27,588 bases of DNA from a virus. Its lineage: Duplodnaviria; Caudoviricetes. The stretch spans positions 1 through 27,588 of IMG/VR virus record IMGVR_UViG_3300033067_000363. One strand, 5' to 3'. The notes beneath the pieces are model-generated. The model was not told the origin of the DNA. It did no database searches and saw nothing but the letters and a program-made list of their open reading frames with translations. This document shows positions 17,478 to 24,286 of this stretch, one piece after another. The first letter of the stretch is position 1; each line of letters starts with the position of its first letter. The position numbers and the translations under genes are program-made.

Positions 17478-18956
17478 TTATCCTGCGTTTTCTAAGTTGT
17501 TTGAACTTGTATCAGCACCCGATGGGTTAGTAGAAGTACCTTCACCAGCCGTTGCCATACCATCACCACTACGTGAAGTATTAGCTGGCATTGCATCTAG
17601 GTTAGGCTCTTCGTCTTTAGGTAAAGAATCGATACCTACTGACTCACGTACACGGTTTAGAACTTCACGATCAATCTCAAGCATACCTGTACTTGCATAA
17701 CGCTGAATAGCTTTACTGAATGATTCTAAGTCTTCTGTCTGGATATTATCAAAGTCCATTGTACCCATGCGCGATGTATCCCATCCGTTGAGTTCATATG
17801 TCTGACGAATTAAATCATCATTAATAACTTGAGTAATCTTCTTTAACATTGCTTCAGCAGCATTACCAGATAGAGAACTTTTAATTTGACCTAGTGCGAA
17901 AGATCCACCGCCTGTTTGACCCATTACCAATAAGTCAGCAAATAAAGAAGTAAGAATTAAATTCTTGTAGTACTCTTTGATCTTGCTAGTATCCATTGCT
18001 TTACTACCGTTTAAGCTTAGTAGCTCTAAACTGAACAATGGTTGACGAGTATCCTGATCGTAAGCTTGTGGTAGAATCAAAGCGGATTGCTGATTCATCT
18101 GCAAGTTACGCATTACGTTTTCGTAATACGCACGAATTGATTTTTGTTCTGGTGATGCATCAGCAGCAAGATATTGAGGTGGTAACTTAAGAACTGGTAA
18201 ACCAGCTAAGTCTTTAGCTACACCGTTTGCTTCAATTTCTTCAATTACTGATAAGAAGCGCCACGCTAAGTAAGCGTCACGTAATGGAGACTTACCATAT
18301 GGATCACCCTTGTGCTTACCTGCGCGAAATAGCATGATCTTGCTACGAGGTAGTACGACTACGTTATCTGTACGCTTCGCATATCTATTATAAGGGTCTG
18401 CTACTTGTGTTAAGTCTTGACGTACACCTAAAATCTCATTACCATCATCTGAAAATACGAAACGTTGGATTGTCTCTTGATTTCTAATCGGTAGCTTTTT
18501 CCAACCGATGATACCATCGTTGAACTTTGAGCCGTTTGACTTTAAACGTCTACGGTATACCTTCTCATGAACAGAGAAACCAAAGACATTACAACTGAGT
18601 GCTTCGCTAACGAAATCAGCCCAAGTTTGACCATCCATGTCTTGCATCATTTCATTAATGATTTTAGCTTGCTCTAATTCGGCATCAGTTGCATCAGCTG
18701 GCGCTTTAAATTTCCAATCGGCTTTACCAATTAGGTTATCAAATAAAGTTAAAGCTGAATTAACTGTTGAATGATAAGACATTTGCTTATAAGTATTAAT
18801 ACTAGAAGGAAAGTTTAATTCTTTCTTGATTTCGTCTTGACTTAAGCCAGCATAGATATTTAAACCTAGATAACCAGTTTCAGATAATTTAAATCTTTCA
18901 GGTATATCGTTCATAGTAGCTTTAGCAACAGTTTCTTGTTTCTTTGGTCGTGCCAT
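17478..18956 (-). CDS. Portal protein
   Basis: After TerL; FGFSVHEKVY, PYGKSPLR, EANGVAKDLAGLPV, GGSFALG motifs. Confidence 0.92.
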   Translation of the reverse strand: MARPKKQETVAKATMNDIPERFKLSETGYLGLNIYAGLSQDEIKKELNFPSSINTYKQMSYHSTVNSALTLFDNLIGKADWKFKAPADATDAELEQAKIINEMMQDMDGQTWADFVSEALSCNVFGFSVHEKVYRRRLKSNGSKFNDGIIGWKKLPIRNQETIQRFVFSDDGNEILGVRQDLTQVADPYNRYAKRTDNVVVLPRSKIMLFRAGKHKGDPYGKSPLRDAYLAWRFLSVIEEIEANGVAKDLAGLPVLKLPPQYLAADASPEQKSIRAYYENVMRNLQMNQQSALILPQAYDQDTRQPLFSLELLSLNGSKAMDTSKIKEYYKNLILTSLFADLLVMGQTGGGSFALGQIKSSLSGNAAEAMLKKITQVINDDLIRQTYELNGWDTSRMGTMDFDNIQTEDLESFSKAIQRYASTGMLEIDREVLNRVRESVGIDSLPKDEEPNLDAMPANTSRSGDGMATAGEGTSTNPSGADTSSNNLENAG

Positions 18957-18967
18957 TTATAGGCTCC

Positions 18968-20440
18968 TTAATTAAATCCGATAGTTGTAAATTGTGGCAT
19001 TGATAATGTATGTCTAGGCATATTATCGAAAGGATTTGAACCCGTCATATCAGGCAATGAGAATATTGGCAATACAGTATCTTTATTTAAAAGAAGCATA
19101 CAGTCACTGCAACAGTCAACTTGGTCGTCTTTTTTCTTAGGATCACCATCAAAAACTTCTAGTTCATCAAAGAAGTCTTTATTCCAATTAGCTTTAACTA
19201 CGTTAACGAATCCAGCCTGTGCAATGCTAGAGAATGGGGCGAAACGAGTGATCTTAGATTTAACTGGTTTAGTTAATCTGCAAACGAATCCCATCTCAGC
19301 TAATTTACGTTGTAAATCTTTAGCGTATGCGCCAGCAGCAGCTGCGGGATCTAATGGAATTGAAATAATCACACCTTGACCATCATGCCTTGCTGTATCA
19401 AATACAAGTTTCTCTACTTCATGTACTCTATCTCGCATTGAAACAACATCTTCAACTGTATAAACTTTGGCATCATCTTTTGAGATTAATACACCTCTAG
19501 TCCAGTCTGGATTTGGATATTGTTCGGAAGGTTTGCTAAAAGCAAAGTCCCATGCTCGAATACGTTGTTTAGCTCGTCCATTTGGAAAGTCAACTAAACC
19601 ACACCATTCTCTTTTGAATAGTCCTGACGATTCCATACGAGCAAACCATGAGCCATCTAATAGTCTTTCCTTCTCAACACGAGGTAAGGACATTAATCTA
19701 CTGATATAATCAGGTTGTGCTTTCAATAATGGAGGATTGTCTCGACAAGTAGCGCCGATGAAAGTAAATGAACTGATACCAGATTCATCACCTTTTCCAT
19801 GAGCAGCTTCAGCTTCCTCTATGCTATTATACCACAACATGGTATTACCTTGACGGAAGAAGAAACGTTTATGTCCTGTTTTTTCAGCTAATGGGATACC
19901 ACTTTGCGGATCTAAATAATAATCTTGTAGCCAATGACGCAAGAAACTATTATAATCAGGGTTAGTCATCAAGAACATTTGAGGTCTGTAGTTAACATAA
20001 GCGTTTCGCATACGTGATAACAAATAGACTACCATTTCTTCTTCAAAGTCAGTTGCTTCATCGAAAATTACTAGACTGTACTGACCACCTTTGTGATCGT
20101 ACATGTTTGATGCGTGTTGCATATGGCTAAACTTCAGCAGAGCGCCATTAGGGAAGATAATTTCCAGTTCCCTACTGCGGATACGTAAATTTGGAAATAA
20201 CGCGCTGTAGAGGCTACAGGCTTCTTGCCAGATACTTCCGGGGGCTGTAAGCATCTTGGAAGTTCTACGGAAAATAACACCCGTAGCTCTAGGATGTTGC
20301 ATGAACCTTAAGGCAATGAGTAAAGCAGTATAAGTTTTACCAGAACCCGCTGCTCCACCAGCCAACGTAATCGTTGCATCACTGTTTAGGAATAATTCTT
20401 GCTTTTTACTAGCGGGTCCAATAACTACTTGTTGACTCAT
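18968..20440 (-). CDS. terL: Terminase large subunit
   Basis: Walker A GGAAGSGKT, Walker B IFDEA, MTNP coupling motif, nuclease RAWDFA and DDQVD. Confidence 0.96.
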   Translation of the reverse strand: MSQQVVIGPASKKQELFLNSDATITLAGGAAGSGKTYTALLIALRFMQHPRATGVIFRRTSKMLTAPGSIWQEACSLYSALFPNLRIRSRELEIIFPNGALLKFSHMQHASNMYDHKGGQYSLVIFDEATDFEEEMVVYLLSRMRNAYVNYRPQMFLMTNPDYNSFLRHWLQDYYLDPQSGIPLAEKTGHKRFFFRQGNTMLWYNSIEEAEAAHGKGDESGISSFTFIGATCRDNPPLLKAQPDYISRLMSLPRVEKERLLDGSWFARMESSGLFKREWCGLVDFPNGRAKQRIRAWDFAFSKPSEQYPNPDWTRGVLISKDDAKVYTVEDVVSMRDRVHEVEKLVFDTARHDGQGVIISIPLDPAAAAGAYAKDLQRKLAEMGFVCRLTKPVKSKITRFAPFSSIAQAGFVNVVKANWNKDFFDELEVFDGDPKKKDDQVDCCSDCMLLLNKDTVLPIFSLPDMTGSNPFDNMPRHTLSMPQFTTIGFN

Positions 20441-20449
20441 TTAAATCCT

Positions 20450-20803
20450 TTATGCTGCTTTTTCGTTATCGATTACGGTAAGCGAGAAAAGCGGTGCGTT
20501 ATGTTGTTGAATCTCAGTACCTTCAGTTTCATCAGCATCTTCACCATCGTAAACATCTAATGTAAGTCTACGGTAATTATCTAATAGTATAGTTGCCGCT
20601 TTTAATTGGTTCTGATGACTAGCTTCTTTATTCTGCATAATATCTGCAGCTTGTGTGATAGCTTTAGCTACGTGAGGTTTGATCTTACGGAGTAACATGA
20701 TCAATTCACGTTCTTTTAGATCACGATTTGTTGGCTTATCTAAAACTGATGACTTTTTCGGTCTACCGTTTGGATTACCAGATTGTCCTTTTTTAAAGGC
20801 CAT
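20450..20803 (-). CDS. terS: Terminase small subunit (probable)
   Basis: FKKGQSGNPNGRPK N-terminal motif; directly upstream of TerL; AAGGAG RBS. Confidence 0.75.
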   Translation of the reverse strand: MAFKKGQSGNPNGRPKKSSVLDKPTNRDLKERELIMLLRKIKPHVAKAITQAADIMQNKEASHQNQLKAATILLDNYRRLTLDVYDGEDADETEGTEIQQHNAPLFSLTVIDNEKAA

Positions 20804-20822
20804 ATATTCTCCTTGAATTAGT

Positions 20823-20974
20823 TCTGGTTACGATTCCAGAGTGCGCTTTTCGTAGCACCGCAAAACAATACGCTGTGTCCTTTGCAGTCTTATTTGGCAA
20901 TAAGACCCTAGAGTGTTACCTCCATGTTACCTCGCAACAGATTCGAGGGACACCTAAAACCGATGTGACTTCGG
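20823..20974 (-). ncRNA. Candidate structured RNA or leader upstream of terS
   Basis: Closing helix GTGTCC/GGACAC around three hairpins, plus flanking hairpins; no ORF in the track. Confidence 0.45.
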
Positions 20975-20991
20975 ACCCAAGGTAGGTTAGT

Positions 20992-21288
20992 TTAACCAGC
21001 TAGATTTTCATCTTCTGGTTTGTCTGCTAGTTTCTCCGCTACTGCACCTGCAGCTTTACGACCAGAGATACCACCTAATGTACCAACGCCCATAAAGGCA
21101 ATGGCTTTTAGAATTTCGAGGAATATTGCATCGATTGGTGCTAATACTGTAGATTGGTCTTCGAAGGCAATAGCCCACATAACACCCATTGCAATTAAAA
21201 ATACCATTGAAGTGATTGCTTTAACTACGAAAGCCCATACACGTACTTCAATTTGATCGGCAGTCATGCCTTTGTAACTATCTAACAT
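20992..21288 (-). CDS. Two-TM membrane protein, holin-like
   Basis: 98 aa, two hydrophobic segments, charged C-terminus. Confidence 0.55.
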   Translation of the reverse strand: MLDSYKGMTADQIEVRVWAFVVKAITSMVFLIAMGVMWAIAFEDQSTVLAPIDAIFLEILKAIAFMGVGTLGGISGRKAAGAVAEKLADKPEDENLAG

Positions 21289-21289
21289 A

Positions 21290-21616
21290 TTATTCCTTGT
21301 TTTTAGCTTTATTAATATCTTTGAGAAGCTGTTCGTTATATTTAATCATATCTTCAAGCTTTTCAACTTTAGTTGTCCATTGTTTATCACGGACTTCAAT
21401 CTTATGATTGTTTCTATCGGTAGTAATATACATATCTACTAATGGAGGTACTACAAGCAGTAAAGCTATTACGGCGGTAGCTGCTGCAATCATAGAAACT
21501 ATTGACGAGTTATTAGCTTTATCCATATTGCCCATATTTCTGCTAGGAACACTATTATTAGAAACACTGTAACCAGTTCCAGCTTTATTTGATTTTGTAG
21601 TTGCTCTCGTAGCCAT
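21290..21616 (-). CDS. Single-TM membrane protein with C-terminal coiled coil (start uncertain: 21616 or 21535)
   Basis: MIAAATAVIALLLVVPPLV hydrophobic segment; overlaps the upstream gene. Confidence 0.6.
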   Translation of the reverse strand: MATRATTKSNKAGTGYSVSNNSVPSRNMGNMDKANNSSIVSMIAAATAVIALLLVVPPLVDMYITTDRNNHKIEVRDKQWTTKVEKLEDMIKYNEQLLKDINKAKNKE

Positions 21617-22227
21617 CGCTCACCAGCTGCTTTCTTACGTTTTTCTATTTGAGCTAATTCTTGTTGCTCTTGGATAATACCTACTCGCTTAACAACCTTA
21701 GTGTATAAATCACCTAGTTCAGCTGGACTTTGATATACCATAGTTTCACGGATGGTTACCTGAAGCTTTTGTATCTCGATCATTGCATATTCAATATCAA
21801 TAGCAGAACTCATAAGTTCTTCATAACCTTGAGACTCTAGGGACTTAGTTTCAGCTTCGGCTAATTTAGCTTGCAACTGAGACATACAACTGAAGAATAT
21901 CTTTAGTTGTTCTATCAAACCTATCACAATAGATAGTTCATCTAATTGAACATCTTCTGCAGGTTTCTTTTTATTTTGTTTTGTAGGTTTAGTTGATAGA
22001 TTATCTAAGGCTAAATCTGCTATCTTCGGAAGTTCTTTCTTTTTCTTAGGGAACATCTTTTCCCATATGAATTTCCAGATACTGGTTACTTCTTTCGAAA
22101 TACCTTTTACTTCATCGAATGTTTTCTTAGCTTTGAGTACTGTACCTTTGTACTCTTTGTATAATTCACAGCCCTGTTGAATGGCTGATACTGCTGCATT
22201 TGCTGCAGCTAGGATAGCTAATGGCAT
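21499..22227 (-). CDS. Coiled-coil protein with C-terminal TM helix
   Basis: 242-aa ORF; LVTVFLIIVFLAEIWAIWI C-terminal anchor. Confidence 0.75.
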   Translation of the reverse strand: MPLAILAAANAAVSAIQQGCELYKEYKGTVLKAKKTFDEVKGISKEVTSIWKFIWEKMFPKKKKELPKIADLALDNLSTKPTKQNKKKPAEDVQLDELSIVIGLIEQLKIFFSCMSQLQAKLAEAETKSLESQGYEELMSSAIDIEYAMIEIQKLQVTIRETMVYQSPAELGDLYTKVVKRVGIIQEQQELAQIEKRKKAAGERWLREQLQNQIKLELVTVFLIIVFLAEIWAIWIKLITRQ

Positions 22228-22247
22228 ATCTCTACCCTGATAATAAA

Positions 22248-22325
22248 TGGTCCGTAATGAGTGATTTGAACACCCGATATCTCGGCCCCAAACCGAGTGA
22301 CTTAACCAGACTAGCCTAATTACGG
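22248..22325 (-). tRNA. tRNA-Pro(TGG)
   Basis: CCGTAAT/ATTACGG acceptor, CTCGG-TTTGGGG-CCGAG anticodon arm, TTCAAAT T-loop, encoded CCA. Confidence 0.92.
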
Positions 22326-22333
22326 ATATTAAT

Positions 22334-22374
22334 TGGTGGACAATCTTCGGCTGACCGTAGCCTATACATCGCCC
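22334..22374 (-). ncRNA. 41-nt tRNA-Ala-like minihelix with CCA end
   Basis: GGGCGAT/ATTGTCC-A-CCA acceptor-like stem with G3.U70; internal GGCT/AGCC hairpin; spaced like the neighbouring tRNAs. Confidence 0.6.
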
Positions 22375-22379
22375 ATATT

Positions 22380-22471
22380 TGGCGGAAAGCAGAGGAGTCG
22401 AACCCCATCCCCGTTAAGAGAACCTAGTTTTCAAGGCTAGTCGCAGGACCAACCCCGCTGCATTACTTTCC
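22380..22471 (-). tRNA. tRNA-Ser(TGA), atypical 8/4 fold
   Basis: GGAAAGTA/TGCTTTCC-G-CCA, loop CTTGAAA, long variable arm, GGGG-TTCGACT-CCTC T-arm. Confidence 0.85.
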
Positions 22472-22478
22472 ATATTAT

Positions 22479-22572
22479 TGGCAGAAGATACAGGATTTGA
22501 ACCTGTGGGCGGCTGTTACACCACCGTCTGTTTAGCAAACAGATGCCATAAACCTGACTCGACCAATCTTCT
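22479..22572 (-). tRNA. tRNA-Ser(GCT)
   Basis: AGAAGAT/ATCTTCT-G-CCA, TCTGT-TTGCTAA-ACAGA, long variable arm. Confidence 0.93.
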
Positions 22573-22981
22573 ATTTATTCTCTATTAAGTACTGTAAAGC
22601 TAATTTTAATAGTTCAGGGTCATCATTAAACTTACCTAAACCTGTATTACACTTAACACATAGTAGCCCTCGTACCTTACCTGTTAAATGGCAATGGTCT
22701 ACATTTGGCTTATCCATTGGAAGCAAGCAAATTTTGCATAAACCAATTTGTGTTTCAAGCATTGAAGTAAATTCTTCGAAACTTAGACCATACTTTTCTT
22801 TTAAATGTTTCTCATAGGTCCAAGGTGTAGCTTTATATCTACCATCCTTGTAGCCTTTTCTTTGATTACTTGTTTTACAACTTTTGCACTTACTATTTCT
22901 ACCGTCTTTGAATCCATTGTGAATAGAGAAACTTTCTAAATCTTTCTCTAAATGGCATTGCGTACAAATTTTAGTTGTCAT
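22571..22981 (-). CDS. Endonuclease VII-family (HNH-type) endonuclease inside the tRNA array
   Basis: KICTQC...CKSC...CKIC...VDHCHLTGKVRGLLCVKCNTGLGKFNDD; start placed at ATG 22981 because that aligns with the N-terminus of 187..627. Confidence 0.88.
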   Translation of the reverse strand: MTTKICTQCHLEKDLESFSIHNGFKDGRNSKCKSCKTSNQRKGYKDGRYKATPWTYEKHLKEKYGLSFEEFTSMLETQIGLCKICLLPMDKPNVDHCHLTGKVRGLLCVKCNTGLGKFNDDPELLKLALQYLIENK

Positions 22982-22982
22982 A

Positions 22983-23054
22983 TTAAATGCGAGGAATTTT
23001 CTCTGCGTATCCTGAGCCTTCATTTGAGATATCATCCCAACCTTCTTTATTCAT
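22983..23054 (-). CDS. 23-aa micro-ORF (MNKEGWDDISNEGSGYAEKIPRI)
   Basis: TAGGAG 5 nt before ATG; stop lies 1 nt before the endonuclease ATG. Confidence 0.45.
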   Translation of the reverse strand: MNKEGWDDISNEGSGYAEKIPRI

Positions 23055-23073
23055 ATTTGCTCCTATGTATATT

Positions 23074-23149
23074 TGGCGAACCAAGAAGGACTTGAACCTC
23101 CAACCCTCGAATTTGGAATTCGATGCTCTACCAGTTGAGCTATTGGAAC
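23074..23149 (-). tRNA. tRNA-Trp(CCA)
   Basis: TCGAA-TTCCAAA-TTCGA anticodon arm, canonical D and T arms, G73-CCA; two U.U mismatches in the acceptor. Confidence 0.88.
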
Positions 23150-23153
23150 GAAT

Positions 23154-23227
23154 TGGCAGAGGATGCAAGAATCGAACTTACGACAACGGGATCAAAACCC
23201 GTGGTTATACCATTTAACTAATCCCCA
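23154..23227 (-). tRNA. tRNA-Gln(TTG)
   Basis: ACGGG-TTTTGAT-CCCGT, TTCGATT T-loop, G73-CCA. Confidence 0.9.
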
Positions 23228-23233
23228 ATAAAC

Positions 23234-23312
23234 TGGCTCCGCACTCTGGAATCGAACCAGACTAATCATTGCTTAACAGGCAAGTCCTTGCACCATGCTT
23301 GAATTCTACGGA
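23234..23312 (-). tRNA. tRNA-Asn(GTT), atypical D-arm
   Basis: TTGC-CTGTTAA-GCAA, TCTGG-TTCGATT-CCAGA, TCCGTA/TGCGGA-G-CCA. Confidence 0.8.
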
Positions 23313-23318
23313 ATAATT

Positions 23319-23404
23319 TGGTGGATGCCCTAGGTAACGCTCCTAGCGAGTGCATAGACAAAGGTTTTACAGACCCTCCCGCCTCTTTAACGGAATATGC
23401 ATCC
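23319..23404 (-). tRNA. tRNA-Tyr(GTA), non-canonical T-loop
   Basis: AGGGT-CTGTAAA-ACCTT, long variable region, CTAGG-AGCGTTA-CCTAG, GGATGC/GCATCC-A-CCA. Confidence 0.82.
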
Positions 23405-23409
23405 AAATT

Positions 23410-23484
23410 TGGTACAGCATGGGAGAATCGAACTCCCCTTACAAGGATGAAAACCTTGTGTCCTAACCGATAGACGAATGCTGC
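23410..23484 (-). tRNA. tRNA-Glu(TTC)
   Basis: CAAGG-TTTTCAT-CCTTG, canonical arms, CCA. Confidence 0.93.
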
Positions 23485-23494
23485 TTAATTAATT

Positions 23495-23635
23495 GAGAAG
23501 ATTATAGCACAGAATCCAACGGATTAAATAGGCTATGAACAAATACTTGCAATCTTCTCGAAACTGATGTTCAATGTACACCTCTAACGACTTAATGTTT
23601 CTTGTGGGGCTTGCCGACATACCATTACATTGAAC
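23495..23635 (-). ncRNA. Two tandem ~65-nt stem-closed structured elements in a tRNA-array spacer
   Basis: GTTCAATGTA/TACATTGAAC (10 bp) and GAGAAGATT/AATCTTCTC (9 bp) terminal stems. Confidence 0.4.
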
Positions 23636-23641
23636 TAAAAC

Positions 23642-23717
23642 TGGTACAGAAAACTGGACTTGAACCAGTGGCCTAACGCTTATCAAGCGTTTGCTCTACC
23701 AACTGAGCTATTTCTGC
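23642..23717 (-). tRNA. tRNA-Ile(GAT)
   Basis: AACGC-TTGATAA-GCGTT, canonical arms, CCA. Confidence 0.95.
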
Positions 23718-23724
23718 ATTAATT

Positions 23725-23807
23725 TGGTGTCTCAGGTCAGACTCGAACTGACACGCACTAGGCACTGGTTTCTAAGACCAGCGTGGCTACCATTACACCA
23801 CCGAGAC
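23725..23807 (-). tRNA. tRNA-Leu(TAG)
   Basis: CTGGT-CTTAGAA-ACCAG, variable arm, A73-CCA. Confidence 0.94.
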
Positions 23808-23808
23808 T

Positions 23809-23892
23809 TGGTGCGAGAGGTGGGATTTGAACCCACAAGCCGTTAGGCGGCAGATTTTAAGTCTGCTGTGTATACCATTCCACCACTCTCGC
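23809..23892 (-). tRNA. tRNA-Leu(TAA)
   Basis: GCAGA-CTTAAAA-TCTGC, variable arm, A73-CCA. Confidence 0.95.
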
Positions 23893-23898
23893 TAAATT

Positions 23899-23983
23899 TG
23901 GTGCTGAAGGTGAGACTCGAACTCACGTAAGATTTCTCTGACGGCTTACAAAACCGTTGCAATTGCCGCTATGCGACTTCAGC
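23899..23983 (-). tRNA. tRNA-Thr(TGT) with long variable arm
   Basis: GCTGAAG/CTTCAGC-A-CCA, ACGGT-TTTGTAA-GCCGT, 14-nt variable region. Confidence 0.88.
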
Positions 23984-23997
23984 TAATCCTAGAGTAT

Positions 23998-24205
23998 ATT
24001 CGTATCTACAGAGGACTAGGCTCCATGTAGAACTAGTAGACTTCTGACTTTCGGTGTCTACAACCTCAGTAACGTTAGATTAAGTTACGTAGCTTCTGCT
24101 ATTGCCTTTTGTGCCGTTTGCTATTTGCGAACAGCGAATGTATTACAGTAGGTATTTAAAGCTCGGTTATTACTAACGGAAATCTTTAACGTTTATCCTA
24201 CCGTA
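23998..24205 (-). ncRNA. Candidate structured RNA(s) between tRNA-Met and tRNA-Thr
   Basis: 62-nt rod closed by TACGGTAGG/CCTACTGTA, followed by four further hairpins. Confidence 0.45.
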
Positions 24206-24209
24206 TATC

Positions 24210-24286
24210 TGGAAGCAATGGGACGGATTCGAACCGCCGATTTCCAGCTTATGAGGCTGGCGAGATGACCACTTCTCTACCCTGCT
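24210..24286 (-). tRNA. tRNA-Met(CAT) (Met vs fMet vs Ile2 unresolved)
   Basis: CCAGC-CTCATAA-GCTGG, GGCGG-TTCGAAT-CCGTC, CCA; one extra base in the 3' acceptor strand. Confidence 0.85.

Noticed and set aside
22334-22374. tmRNA or two-piece tmRNA fragment
   Set aside because: Both acceptor strands lie within 41 nt; no T-arm, tag reading frame or pseudoknots
22380-22471. Selenocysteine or opal-suppressor tRNA
   Set aside because: Anticodon reads TGA (Ser), not TCA
24030-24075. Hammerhead-like CTGAGG...CGAAA on the minus strand
   Set aside because: Core is CTGAGGT rather than CTGANGA, and stems I and III do not form
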